Assembly: GCA_030018135.1 (NCBI GenBank)
Contig: JASEGJ010000004.1
Coordinates: 31-64,030, forward strand
Direction: 5' to 3'
DNA: 64,000 nt
Source: Candidatus Hodarchaeaceae archaeon
GTDB taxonomy: Archaea; Hadarchaeota; Hadarchaeia; Hadarchaeales; Hadarchaeaceae
Shown here: piece after piece, positions 29,653 to 38,720 of the stretch
Layout of the letters: each line of letters opens with the position of its first letter
Numbering within the stretch: the stretch's first letter is position 1
Translations under genes and position numbers: made by a program
Notes under the pieces: model-generated
What the model was told of the DNA's origin: nothing
The model's input: the letters and a program-made list of their open reading frames with translations, nothing else
Databases searched by the model: none

Positions 29653-30403
29653 GGGACGCTTTAAATGCCATCGCTGCATCTTGTGCATCGATCGCTTTCG
29701 GGGCAACAAACACCACCCTAACGCGGCTTTTCTTGCCCTTACCCGAAGGGTAGGAACGGATGTCCACATGCGGAAATTTTTGCGCTAATTCCTCGAGAAA
29801 TGGCGCGAGTGTCATCTCATCAATTTTTTCAACATTTACCGTTTCGCCATGTGGAGCTCGACCACCCAACTTGAGTAGGTCACCATAAACATACTTTGTA
29901 AAGATAGCTCGCATCTCGGCGGGTACGCCGGGTAAACAGATGGCCAACGTTTTTCCATGTTTTAATTTAGTACCGGGTGCTAACCCAACCGGGTTGGGTA
30001 ACGCAGTTGCACCCTCCGGGATGCATGCCATTTTCTTTTGTATCGTGGGTAAGGCCTTGTGATCGATTAGGTGGGTGCGCAAGCGCACATAACTCATTTT
30101 GACCAGCTCAAGGGCAGCGGTATCTAAGACCAACTTACGCCCGGTGGCACGCGCAAGCGCTTCGCATGTTTTATCGTCAGGTGTTGGCCCCAGTCCTCCA
30201 GTGATAATAAGTACATCGGGCGCGCGGCGGAGTGCGTCTTGAATCGCTGCCACAATTTCGCTCGTGATATCGCCAGTTGAGGTAATCGATTTTACTAAGA
30301 TGCCGGCGCTTGTTAACTTTTTCGCGAGCCATGTTGCGTTTGTATTCACCCGCAGACCCTCGATGAGCTCGCTACCTATCGTTAGGATTTCAGCGGTTGG
30401 CAT
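29621..30403 (-). CDS. CinA-like / MoCF-biosynthesis (MoaB/MogA-fold) domain protein
   Basis: ILTIGSELIEG...GGLGPTPDD molybdopterin-binding motif. Start chosen at MPTAE. Confidence 0.7.
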   Translation of the reverse strand: MPTAEILTIGSELIEGLRVNTNATWLAKKLTSAGILVKSITSTGDITSEIVAAIQDALRRAPDVLIITGGLGPTPDDKTCEALARATGRKLVLDTAALELVKMSYVRLRTHLIDHKALPTIQKKMACIPEGATALPNPVGLAPGTKLKHGKTLAICLPGVPAEMRAIFTKYVYGDLLKLGGRAPHGETVNVEKIDEMTLAPFLEELAQKFPHVDIRSYPSGKGKKSRVRVVFVAPKAIDAQDAAMAFKASLKRLRHSLTS

Positions 30404-30541
30404 GTTGAAAACTTGCATCATATCCAAAATAAACTGATAGCGTAGCCAATTGAATGCGCAAAAATGAGCACATAAAAAATAAATACTGAAAAGTTGAAAC
30501 TGCATCGGTTGTCGGAGGCAGTAATTTTGGACAGCGTTGAC

Positions 30542-30967
30542 ATGAAACTTTTGAAGATGTTAAATAGGAATGCACGCGTGTCACTCAGCGCGATGGGCCG
30601 CGAGGTGGGATTGAGCACATCTGGCGTTAGAAGACGTATCAAGCAACTTGAGCGCACAGGTTTGATCAAGGGATATGCGGCCATCGTCGATTCACAAAAA
30701 CTTGGCCAAGGGCTAACGGCATTCCTAAGCGTTGATGTCGATGCGCAAGGTATGCGTGAATTAACCTCCTCTCTATCTCGCTCCCATGAGGTTTACGAAC
30801 TTCATCGTACAACTGGCGGTCACAATTTGATGATAAAAGTCCGTGCTCGCGACCTTGAAGGCCTCAACAAATTTATCGAGGATCGCCTTCATTCCTTTGA
30901 TTCGGTTAAAAGTGTTCAAACAACGGTGGTAATGGAAACGATCAAAGAAGCATTAATGAATCTTTAG
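30542..30967 (+). CDS. Lrp/AsnC-family transcriptional regulator
   Basis: MKLLKMLNRNARVSLSAMGREVGLSTSGVRRRIKQLE HTH plus RAM domain. Confidence 0.85.
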   Translation: MKLLKMLNRNARVSLSAMGREVGLSTSGVRRRIKQLERTGLIKGYAAIVDSQKLGQGLTAFLSVDVDAQGMRELTSSLSRSHEVYELHRTTGGHNLMIKVRARDLEGLNKFIEDRLHSFDSVKSVQTTVVMETIKEALMNL

Positions 30968-31204
30968 GTGCTGCAGATGCAAGAGGTCGAAATAAAATTA
31001 GTCTATGACTCGTTTTCCCACGTCATGGCATATTTGGTCTATCCTCAAGAACTTCGCGAGAAAATTGACCGGGTGCTAGGCGAGAGTGAGAATATTAAGG
31101 TATTTACAGAAAAGCTTAAGCAGGTTATCTCGGTCGAGGCGGACTCCACCCATAAAACGGATGGCCAGATTTTTTTAAATGAGCTGCGAAAACACCTTAC
31201 CTAG
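30968..31204 (+). CDS. Small hypothetical protein (78 aa), possibly translationally coupled to lrp
   Basis: GTG abuts the lrp stop. No recognisable motif. Confidence 0.3.
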   Translation: MLQMQEVEIKLVYDSFSHVMAYLVYPQELREKIDRVLGESENIKVFTEKLKQVISVEADSTHKTDGQIFLNELRKHLT

Positions 31205-31306
31205 TCTGATTTTGCCGAGATTGGTTATCACCCTCATATTTTTCTTCGGCCAAGTCCTCAGCAATTATTGATTTAAGCCTAAACAGATAATTAAAAAGAT
31301 GAGCAC

Positions 31307-32245
31307 ATGACGAACGCCCAAATCAAGCAGATAGCTGAGGATATCCGAACGATGAGAACAAGGGGGGCAGGCAAAATCGGCCGAGCCGCCGCTAGGGCAT
31401 TGAAGATTGTCGCGAGGACAACCAAGGCTAGGAATTCAGCCGAATTCATAAAGGAGCTCGACCGCGTTTCGAAGCTCCTGTTAGGCACGCGTCCAACTGC
31501 GGTATCGCTGTCAAATGCTATTCGATTCGTCACACTCAAGGCAAAGCTGATTAAAGACGCGGACCTGCAGACGTTGCGAAACATCGTGATGTCAAGAGCC
31601 GATGAATTCATCCGCGTATCAAACGAAGCAGTTAAGCGAATTGGCGAAATTGGCGCGCGCAGGATATCAGACGGCGATATGATAATGACGCATTGCAATA
31701 GCGATTGTGCGCTCGCCGTAATCAAGACCGCCTTTAAGCAGGGCAAACACCTCGAGGTCTTCGTGACGGAGTCGAGACCCATGAAGCAGGGTTTGATAAG
31801 CGTGCGCGACCTCAGCAGAGCTGGCATATCAACAACGCTTATCGTCGACTCGGCCGTGCGTCACTTCATACGTGACATCGACAAGGTAATAGTGGGCGCG
31901 GACAGCATCGCTGCGAATGGCGCGGTGATAAACAAGATCGGCACGTCTCAATTGGCATTGACGGCACATGAAGCTCGCGTACTATTTTTCGTAGCGGCGG
32001 AGAGCTATAAGTTCCATCCCGGTACTCTGGTCGGCAGGCTAGTAGAAATTGAGGAACGCCCATCCAAGGAGATAGTTAATCCGAAGCGATTTCCCGGCGT
32101 TAGGATCCGTAACCCAGTTTTCGATGTCACGCCGCCGGACTATATCGATCTGATCATAACTGAGCGAGGCATCATCCCGCCGTCCGCAGCCTATGTGGTG
32201 CTGCAGGAGCAGTTTGAGTGGAAGCCTGGCGAGGAGCTGATCTGA
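31307..32245 (+). CDS. eIF-2B alpha/beta/delta-like protein (ribose-1,5-bisphosphate or MTR-1-P isomerase family)
   Basis: e2b2 family. 312 aa. Confidence 0.8.
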   Translation: MTNAQIKQIAEDIRTMRTRGAGKIGRAAARALKIVARTTKARNSAEFIKELDRVSKLLLGTRPTAVSLSNAIRFVTLKAKLIKDADLQTLRNIVMSRADEFIRVSNEAVKRIGEIGARRISDGDMIMTHCNSDCALAVIKTAFKQGKHLEVFVTESRPMKQGLISVRDLSRAGISTTLIVDSAVRHFIRDIDKVIVGADSIAANGAVINKIGTSQLALTAHEARVLFFVAAESYKFHPGTLVGRLVEIEERPSKEIVNPKRFPGVRIRNPVFDVTPPDYIDLIITERGIIPPSAAYVVLQEQFEWKPGEELI

Positions 32246-32251
32246 GGTGAT

Positions 32252-32491
32252 TTGATGGACAAAGTGGAACAGATAAGAGAGAAACTCCGGAACGTAATCG
32301 ACCCCGAAACCGGCATAAATGTGGTAGATATGGGGATGGTGGAGGAGATAACTGTTAAAGGGGATCGAGCGAAGATAGCCTTCAGGCCGACTATACCGGG
32401 TTGTCCGCTTATAACTTACCTAATGCAGCAGGTAAAATCTGCAGCGGAATTGGTCGTTAAGGAAGCTGAAGTTCAGGTGCGCGGCATTTAA
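32252..32491 (+). CDS. DUF59 (MIP18/SufT-like) Fe-S cluster assembly protein
   Basis: Contains VIDPETGINVVDMGMV, the hallmark of DUF59. 79 aa. Confidence 0.75.
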   Translation: MMDKVEQIREKLRNVIDPETGINVVDMGMVEEITVKGDRAKIAFRPTIPGCPLITYLMQQVKSAAELVVKEAEVQVRGI

Positions 32492-32554
32492 TCTCGACAC
32501 AAATGCATCCAAGCTAGGATCGGGAGCACATCCCCAAATGAAGGGTGATGCAAG

Positions 32555-33046
32555 TTGGAAGAAAAGGTAGCTCAGCAGAGGGTGTTAATTTTTGACCCTG
32601 AGAGGTGCACCGGTTGCCGGTATTGTGAAATAGCGTGCGCATTCCAGCACTACGGAGTAATCAACCCTGAGAAATCTCATATTCATGTATTCGTCGATGA
32701 GCGGCTAATGGAAATGGAGGCGACCAACTGCCAACACTGCGAGGAGCCGATTTGTGCCTCTGTCTGTCCAGAGGATGCCGTCAGCAAGGACGAGGAAAAG
32801 GGCTGGGTGATCATAAATTCGATGAAGTGCATCGGCTGCAAATCCTGCACCCTGTCTTGCCCGCTCTCCTGTCCATGGTTTAACAAGGAACAGAAAATTG
32901 CCGCAAAATGCGACTTCTGCGACGGTGAGCCGGTGTGTGTGAAATATTGTTCATCCAACGCGATAAGGGTAGGTACCCGGGCTGAGGCTTTAAAGTTCAA
33001 CGAGTGGCGCTACGGCGAGGAGGCAAAAGATGTTTCAAGAAGCTGA
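32555..33046 (+). CDS. Polyferredoxin, HycB/HdrC-like (four Cys4 cluster motifs)
   Basis: Four Cys motifs: CTGCRYCEIAC, CQHCEEPICASVCP, CIGCKSCTLSCP, CDFCDGEPVCVKYC. Annotated with a TTG start. An ATG at 32538 would be in frame if one A were added to the A-run at 32561-64. Confidence 0.8.
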   Translation: MEEKVAQQRVLIFDPERCTGCRYCEIACAFQHYGVINPEKSHIHVFVDERLMEMEATNCQHCEEPICASVCPEDAVSKDEEKGWVIINSMKCIGCKSCTLSCPLSCPWFNKEQKIAAKCDFCDGEPVCVKYCSSNAIRVGTRAEALKFNEWRYGEEAKDVSRS

Positions 33047-33695
33047 GTTGCTTGAATATCTCAAGATTGAAATAGGCGTTGGCTTGATCAGCTCCTCCGT
33101 GCCGCGCGAGGGGAAGATCTGCGTGACCGTCAAGCCAACTGTACTTCGAACGACCGCCGAGGCCCTGCTCAAGCGCGGGTCGAGATTTGTGACCATAACG
33201 GCGATCGACGGGGGCTTGGACCTTGAGCTAATTTACCATTTTGACCTCAGCGGCACACTCATCACTCTGAAAACGATCGTTGAGAAGGAAGTTCCGAAAG
33301 TAGACACCATCGCCGATCTAACGCCCGCGGCCGAGTGGGCCGAGAAGGAGGTGGCCGAACTCTTTGGCATTAGCTTCCGTGCCCACCCGAGGCCCGGACA
33401 CTTCCTTCTGCCCGATGAATGGCCCGCCGGCAAGCACCCGCTCGCGAAGCCGTTCAAGTCGGAGCTCCCGGAGCAACTTTGTCAGGTGGCGGAATCTTTG
33501 ATTACCTCGGGTGCAACCGCGCCGATATCTCCGCTGATCAAGCGAAAAAGGGAGGAAATTGGATTGCCGGCGCAACCACCTGCAAGCTACGCGAGCGAGC
33601 CATGGCTGCGCGAGGTCCACGAACTAGTGCAACGAACCGATTTCAGCAAGAAGGTCGGCTACGATTGGAAAAAGAGGAAACTTAGGGGCAAGTGA
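33030..33695 (+). CDS. NuoC/EchD/HycE-N-like hydrogenase 30 kDa subunit
   Basis: AEWAEKEVAELFGISFRAHPRPGHFLLPDEWPAGKHPL is the NuoC signature. It is followed by a basic C-terminal extension of about 70 aa. Confidence 0.75.
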   Translation: MFQEAELLEYLKIEIGVGLISSSVPREGKICVTVKPTVLRTTAEALLKRGSRFVTITAIDGGLDLELIYHFDLSGTLITLKTIVEKEVPKVDTIADLTPAAEWAEKEVAELFGISFRAHPRPGHFLLPDEWPAGKHPLAKPFKSELPEQLCQVAESLITSGATAPISPLIKRKREEIGLPAQPPASYASEPWLREVHELVQRTDFSKKVGYDWKKRKLRGK

Positions 33696-33699
33696 AGCC

Positions 33700-34578
33700 A
33701 TGAAAAGATACGCGCTATTCTTGGGATGTTTAATCCCCCAGCGAATTCCCAGCGTTGAACTGGCGGCAAGGAGGGTGTTCGAGAGGCTGAACATCGAGGC
33801 GGTCGATCTCGAGGGTTACACCTGTTGCCCAGACCCCATAGTGGCGCGCTTGATGGACAGGAAAATGTGGCTGGCTTATTCCGCTAGAAATTTAAGCTTG
33901 GCTGAGCAGCATGGGCTCGACCTTATGACGCTTTGCAATGGCTGCTTTGAGACACTTTTCGAGGCGAATGAAATCATGAAGCGAGAGCCACAAACTAAGC
34001 GGGAGATCAATGAACTGCTCGCTCAGGCAGGGAAAAAATATGAAGGTAGGGTAAACGTCAAGCACGTAGTTGAGGTGCTCCACGAGGAGGTCGGAGTGGG
34101 GCAGATAAAAAAGCTCGTGGAGAGGCCGATGAAGTTGAAGCTCGCGGTTCATCCGGGTTGCCATTTGTTTAGGGAGGTCGAGGGCGGCGACATCTGGAGG
34201 AAGCCGAGGGAACTTGATGAGTTGGTACTAGCCACCGGTGCGAAGGTTGTCCATTGTAAGCTTGACCGCCTGTGTTGCGGTTTCCCAATGATGCAGGCCA
34301 ACGAGGAGCTTGCGTTAAAGCAAAACCTGTCGCTGAAGTTGGCCTGCTATCGTCATTTAGCCGTCGATGGAATCGTTGTGCCATGCCCGACCTGTGGCAT
34401 CCAGTTTGAAACGGGTCAGGTGTTGCTCCGAAAGTACGGCGCGCGATACGACATCCCATGCCTGCATGTAGTTGAGCTTTTAGCGCTCGCCCTCGGAGTT
34501 CCGGCTGACGAACTCGCGCTGGACCTCCACCGCAGCCCGGTTCCGCTGCTTGTGCAGAAGGTGTTGACGGATGTCTAA
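33700..34578 (+). CDS. Heterodisulfide reductase subunit B-like protein with two CCG-type cysteine motifs
   Basis: Two motifs: LGCLIPQR...YTCCPDP and PGCHLF...CCGFPMMQAN...CPTCG. The second carries the CCG signature. Confidence 0.75.
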   Translation: MKRYALFLGCLIPQRIPSVELAARRVFERLNIEAVDLEGYTCCPDPIVARLMDRKMWLAYSARNLSLAEQHGLDLMTLCNGCFETLFEANEIMKREPQTKREINELLAQAGKKYEGRVNVKHVVEVLHEEVGVGQIKKLVERPMKLKLAVHPGCHLFREVEGGDIWRKPRELDELVLATGAKVVHCKLDRLCCGFPMMQANEELALKQNLSLKLACYRHLAVDGIVVPCPTCGIQFETGQVLLRKYGARYDIPCLHVVELLALALGVPADELALDLHRSPVPLLVQKVLTDV

Positions 34579-35695
34579 AGTGATCGTCGGCCCTTATCAC
34601 CCCGCGCTCCTCGAGCCTGAACTCTACGAAGTCACGGTGCGGGAAAACAAAATTGTGGATGTCAGCATCAGGCAGGGCTACACGCACCGAGGCATAGAAA
34701 AGCTGATGGAAACAAAAAGTTTTCATCAAAATGTCTTCGTATGTGAGCGCATCTGCGGCTTCTGCTCGCACGCCCATACGTGCTGTTACTGCCAAGCGGT
34801 CGAGGAGCTCTTTGGCATCGAGATCCCAGAAAGGGCAAGTTACATTCGCACGCTGATCTTCGAGCTTGAGCGCTTGCACAGTCACTACCTTTGGTTGGCG
34901 TTGTTCTTTCACACGCTCCACGACAAAGAGCAATTCATAAGGATCGTCGATGCGCGCGAGCGGCTCATGGACCTTTTCGAGCCCATATGCGGCAATCGAG
35001 TTCATTACGCGATAAATGCGATAGGTGGTGTTAGAAGAGACGTAACTCAGGCGGCAGTGGGCCAAGTTGAAAAAGTCTTGAACGAATTGGAGGCCCTTTC
35101 CGAAAACACCTTGCTTGCCTTAGAAAAAAATGCGCCGAAGCTCTCCGGCTTGGGTCCGCTGTCCAGAGAAAAAGCCTTGAATTTTGGCGCCGTCGGGCCT
35201 GTTCTGCGTGCATCTGGTGTGAAGTCCGACATAAGAAGGGACGATCCGTATGCGGCTTACGATGAGGTCGACTTTGAGGTGATAACGGAGAATGGTTGCG
35301 ATGTCTTGGCAAGGGCGCTCGTTAGGGCGATGGAGACCTATGAGAGCATGAAAATCATTCGACAACTGCTCAGCGGCCTACCCCTGGGGGAGATCAAAAA
35401 AGAGGTGGGCAAGCCGCCGGTGAGGGAGGAGACGAGCAGGGTGGAAGCGCCCAGGGGCGAACTGATTTATTATGTTCGGTCGGATGGAACGAATATTCCC
35501 CGACGGGTTAAACTAAGGCCCCCAACCTATGCGAACGATCGCGCGGTAATCGAGATGCTTCAGGGACAAAAACTTGGCGACCTTCCAATAATACTAGAGA
35601 GCCTCGATCGCTGCATCTCCTGCACTAACCGTTTAACTATCATCGACGAAAGGACCGGAAGTAAAAAACAGGTAAAGCTGACCGACCTTGGGTGA
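34571..35695 (+). CDS. [NiFe] hydrogenase large subunit, group-4 (Ech/NuoD-like)
   Basis: N-terminal Ni-ligand motif RICGFCSHAH. C-terminal motif DRCISCTNR followed by a 20-aa tail. NuoD-like core. 374 aa. Confidence 0.8.
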   Translation: MSKVIVGPYHPALLEPELYEVTVRENKIVDVSIRQGYTHRGIEKLMETKSFHQNVFVCERICGFCSHAHTCCYCQAVEELFGIEIPERASYIRTLIFELERLHSHYLWLALFFHTLHDKEQFIRIVDARERLMDLFEPICGNRVHYAINAIGGVRRDVTQAAVGQVEKVLNELEALSENTLLALEKNAPKLSGLGPLSREKALNFGAVGPVLRASGVKSDIRRDDPYAAYDEVDFEVITENGCDVLARALVRAMETYESMKIIRQLLSGLPLGEIKKEVGKPPVREETSRVEAPRGELIYYVRSDGTNIPRRVKLRPPTYANDRAVIEMLQGQKLGDLPIILESLDRCISCTNRLTIIDERTGSKKQVKLTDLG

Positions 35696-36572
35696 AAAAT
35701 TGGGGGAAGTCAACATTTATCGGCTGGATGTCGGTTCGTGCAATGGCTGCGATATTGAGGTGTTCAGTGCCTTGGCCACGAGATTTGGGCTGGAGAAGTT
35801 GGGGGTAAAGCTCGTCGATGACCCAAGCGAGGCCAACGTGCTCATAATTACGGGAGTGCCGACGATCAAGATGCACGAGGTTCTCAAGGAGGTGCGCGGG
35901 AAGCTGAAGTCACCGAAGCTCGCCATCTCCGTGGGTGCATGCGCCCTTTCAGGTGAGGCGTTTGAGGGATCTTACAGCGTCGATGGGATGGTGGACGATA
36001 TAATTCACGTGGATGCATACGTACCTGGTTGCCCACCGAGCCCGCAGGCCATCGTCGAAGCGCTCGCCAACGTGCTCGAGCTCGGGCCGAGGGCTTCGGA
36101 GGCGCCCAGCGGCTTTAGGGGGATGCCCCAGCTCGACGCTGAAAAATGTACGGCTTGTGGCGCATGCGCGCAGGTATGCCCAACGGGAGCAATAGAGCTT
36201 GCCGACGAAGATAGCGAACGGGTAGTGAAGTTCAAATATGAAAAATGCATCTCCTGTGCTTTCTGTGAGGAGGTCTGCCCAGAGGAGGCCATAAGCATAT
36301 CCGCCGAACGCCCGTCATTAACCAAGAATAGGAAGGCGATCGGGATAAGCGGTAGAATGGGACTCCAGCGATGTTCAGTTTGCGGAAAACCCTTCGCGCC
36401 GACCAGCCAGCTTCAGAGGGCTGCGGATAGGATAGTGGAGGATGTCAAGGAATTTCAGGCATATCGCGACCTGATTGCTCAAGCCATGGGCTTGTGTCAA
36501 AACTGCAGGATGCTTCCCGAAAACATAAGGAAGGCGAAAATCCTGTTGTTTAAGCTTGACCGGGCTGTCTAA
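35688..36572 (+). CDS. [NiFe] hydrogenase small subunit (NuoB-like) fused to a 2x[4Fe-4S] ferredoxin domain and a C-terminal CxxC...CxxC segment
   Basis: Proximal-cluster ligands CNGCD...GACAL...GCPP. Ferredoxin motifs CTACGACAQVCP and CISCAFCEEVCP. Tail CSVCG...CQNC. Confidence 0.8.
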   Translation: MGEKLGEVNIYRLDVGSCNGCDIEVFSALATRFGLEKLGVKLVDDPSEANVLIITGVPTIKMHEVLKEVRGKLKSPKLAISVGACALSGEAFEGSYSVDGMVDDIIHVDAYVPGCPPSPQAIVEALANVLELGPRASEAPSGFRGMPQLDAEKCTACGACAQVCPTGAIELADEDSERVVKFKYEKCISCAFCEEVCPEEAISISAERPSLTKNRKAIGISGRMGLQRCSVCGKPFAPTSQLQRAADRIVEDVKEFQAYRDLIAQAMGLCQNCRMLPENIRKAKILLFKLDRAV

Positions 36573-36835
36573 AGGATTTTATAGACGAGGTCCCCCTCGC
36601 GCGCGCGTTGGTCGACCTTCAAACCGATCGACTGTCCAGCTTTGGCGACCTCCACATCCTCATGCTCGATCTGCATCGAGTTCACTACTTGCTGGAAATT
36701 TGTGGTCGTACCCTCTATGGATACTCTATCACCTACCCTCAGCTCATCGCTCAGCTCCACGACCGCCACGCCAATCTTCGTAAAGTAGTGGGTGACCTTC
36801 CCAACAGGTTTCTTCTCAATGGGTATTTCTTCCAT
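36569..36835 (-). CDS. EF-Tu domain-2-like beta-barrel protein (88 aa)
   Basis: VGDRVSIEG...EVAKAGQSIGLKV...REGDLV resembles translation-factor domain 2. Confidence 0.4.
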   Translation of the reverse strand: MEEIPIEKKPVGKVTHYFTKIGVAVVELSDELRVGDRVSIEGTTTNFQQVVNSMQIEHEDVEVAKAGQSIGLKVDQRAREGDLVYKIL

Positions 36836-37030
36836 TCACCTCACCAGATTAGGGTGGGTTTCTCCCAATTTATGCCTTTTTCTTTTGGCGGACCAGCGCA
36901 ATTTCATGCGTCTAAAGACGAATTTTCCATGCGCGCGATGCAGACTTCGGCGATGAATGTAGGCGAAAAGGTCTTGGCCACCGAGAAAGTAATACATGCC
37001 CTTCCCGTGAACCCTGACGAGGTTCCTCAA
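36836..37030 (-). CDS. Small basic hypothetical protein (64 aa)
   Basis: Stop codon immediately followed in frame by the ATG of the downstream ORF. Arg/Lys-rich. Confidence 0.25.
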   Translation of the reverse strand: MRNLVRVHGKGMYYFLGGQDLFAYIHRRSLHRAHGKFVFRRMKLRWSAKRKRHKLGETHPNLVR

Positions 37031-37194
37031 CGTGTTTGTGATTCTAAAAAGTTTGAGCTGGCGTGGGAACGATTTAATTCTAGCCGGGAGCCCTTTCGCG
37101 AGGGAGGGTCAGGGGCGTATAACCTTCGGCCACCTCCCTCCCCACGCCATTTGCTGCCGCTGTCGTGATTACCCGGCTCTAACCTCGGCAAGGA

Positions 37195-37515
37195 TCAGCG
37201 CTTTTCGCTTGTGCCCACGATTCCTAGGCGGCACCCCATGCGACGGCCCAACTCCGGGTACGCTTTGGCTATACCGAGAGTTATCCCCCAGCCACTGAAG
37301 ATAGCAGCGGTAATCGTTGCCCCCAGAAGCAAGTCCATGAGCGGCGCCTCCCCGATTAGGAAGAGTTCTCCATGCCAAAGGTGGTCCACTACCCCGAACA
37401 GTGCGCCCCCGTAGAGTAGTAGGTTGAGCCACCAGCCTGCGGGCCCACTTCGCCGGGCCCCCCAAACGATGGACGTAATTATAGCTGCCGCCAAGGGTAC
37501 GGTGTAACAAACCAT
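37195..37515 (-). CDS. Small membrane protein (3 TM, HLWHGE motif), divergent from nikR
   Basis: RBS GGAGG 7 nt upstream of the ATG. Hydrophobic. Could be a metal-transport accessory protein. Confidence 0.45.
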   Translation of the reverse strand: MVCYTVPLAAAIITSIVWGARRSGPAGWWLNLLLYGGALFGVVDHLWHGELFLIGEAPLMDLLLGATITAAIFSGWGITLGIAKAYPELGRRMGCRLGIVGTSEKR

Positions 37516-37534
37516 TTTTTTAACCTCCGCAATA

Positions 37535-37555
37535 GTAATATTTTTTGATATATAA
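37535..37555. promoter_or_regulatory. Perfect 6-9-6 inverted repeat TTGATA-N9-TATCAA in the nikR/membrane-protein divergent promoter (candidate NikR operator)
   Basis: TTGATATATAAATATTATCAA overlaps the TATA-like sequence and lies 120 nt upstream of nikR. Confidence 0.4.
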
Positions 37556-37677
37556 ATATTATCAAATTGCAGGGCCCGAGAAAATTAAGAAGTTATCGCA
37601 CCGTTTTAAAGGCGGTTTTTTACCTCGACAAAGCATAAATGCCCGAATTTTCAAGTCCACTCGGAGCTGGTGCTGTC

Positions 37678-38082
37678 ATGTCTTCAAAGATAACGCGCGT
37701 GAGTTTGACCTTGCCGCAGGGGTTGCTCGATGAACTCGATCGCATGCTCGAGGCCCAACGATATGCAAGCCGCTCGGAGGCGTTTAGGGATGCCATCCGT
37801 GATTTCTTGGCGAACTATCGGTGGCGGAGCGAACTCAAGGGCGAACAACTGGGGGCCATCCTCGTGCTTTACGAGCATGATGTGCGAGGATTGATGGACG
37901 AGCTCATGGACATCCAACACGAGCACTCGAGCGTAATAAGCGCCGTCCAGCACTTACACATCGACGCCAAAAATTGCTTGGAGGTCCTCATCGTGAAAGG
38001 GGCGGCGGGGAAAATTCGCAGTCTGATCGATCGTATCGGCGCCACGCGGGGGGTCAAGCAGGCCAAGTTGGTGGTGGTGTAG
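37678..38082 (+). CDS. nikR: Nickel-responsive transcriptional regulator NikR
   Basis: RHH N-terminus (KITRVSLTLPQGLLDELD...SRSEAFRDAIR). C-terminal ACT-like domain with the H-x13-H-x-H-x5-C Ni-site pattern (YEHD...IQHEH...QHLHID..NC). Confidence 0.8.
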   Translation: MSSKITRVSLTLPQGLLDELDRMLEAQRYASRSEAFRDAIRDFLANYRWRSELKGEQLGAILVLYEHDVRGLMDELMDIQHEHSSVISAVQHLHIDAKNCLEVLIVKGAAGKIRSLIDRIGATRGVKQAKLVVV

Positions 38083-38083
38083 G

Positions 38084-38674
38084 ATGGAGCTGAGCGAACT
38101 CTTGGAGAGGCTCAACAACCTCAAGCGCATGCCACGGACGGGTTGGCTGTTATGCAACGTGCCACTAAACGAGGCCGAAGATGTTGCACAGCACACATTC
38201 GAGGTAGCGGCGCTTACGTTTTTGCTCTCGGAGGAGCTAAGGCGTCGGGGCCAGAAGTTCAATGCCGAGCGAGCGCTAGGCATGGCGATCGTACACGACT
38301 GGGCGGAAGCCACGGTCGCGGATTTCCCCTACACCGCTTTGAAGTATTTGGGGCCCAAAGGCGCGAAGGAGCGCATGGAGGGCCAGGCGATGGAGGACCT
38401 CCTCGCTGGCCTGCCGGGCGAGGGGAAATGCATGGAGCTATGGCAGGAGTACGCGGAGAAGCGCAGCCTTGAGGCGAAAATCGTGCACGCCGCCGACTAT
38501 TTGTCCATGCTGATTCAAGCGATCAAGTATCGGGAGCGAGGAAATCGCTCGAAAGAGTTGGACGAGCTCTGGCGCGCTGTCCATGCTGACATCGAGCCCT
38601 ACGCGGCTGAAATCGAGGTGGTCAAGGAGCTGGTGGAAGAGCTGGACGGGCGCTACTCTGAGTTCTCACCTTAA
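38084..38674 (+). CDS. HD-domain phosphohydrolase (YfbR-like 5'-nucleotidase family)
   Basis: Contains HTFEVA...IVHDWAE HD motifs. 196 aa. Confidence 0.75.
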   Translation: MELSELLERLNNLKRMPRTGWLLCNVPLNEAEDVAQHTFEVAALTFLLSEELRRRGQKFNAERALGMAIVHDWAEATVADFPYTALKYLGPKGAKERMEGQAMEDLLAGLPGEGKCMELWQEYAEKRSLEAKIVHAADYLSMLIQAIKYRERGNRSKELDELWRAVHADIEPYAAEIEVVKELVEELDGRYSEFSP

Positions 38675-38720
38675 ACGTCTGAGATAACCATCTAGCTCGG
38701 GAAAATTGTAGAAACTAGAT

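Noticed and set aside
36608-37168. 186-aa plus-strand ORF downstream of the hydrogenase cluster
   Set aside because: It overlaps two minus-strand ORFs that show better coding signals (an RBS and a domain match). No motif found. Likely spurious.
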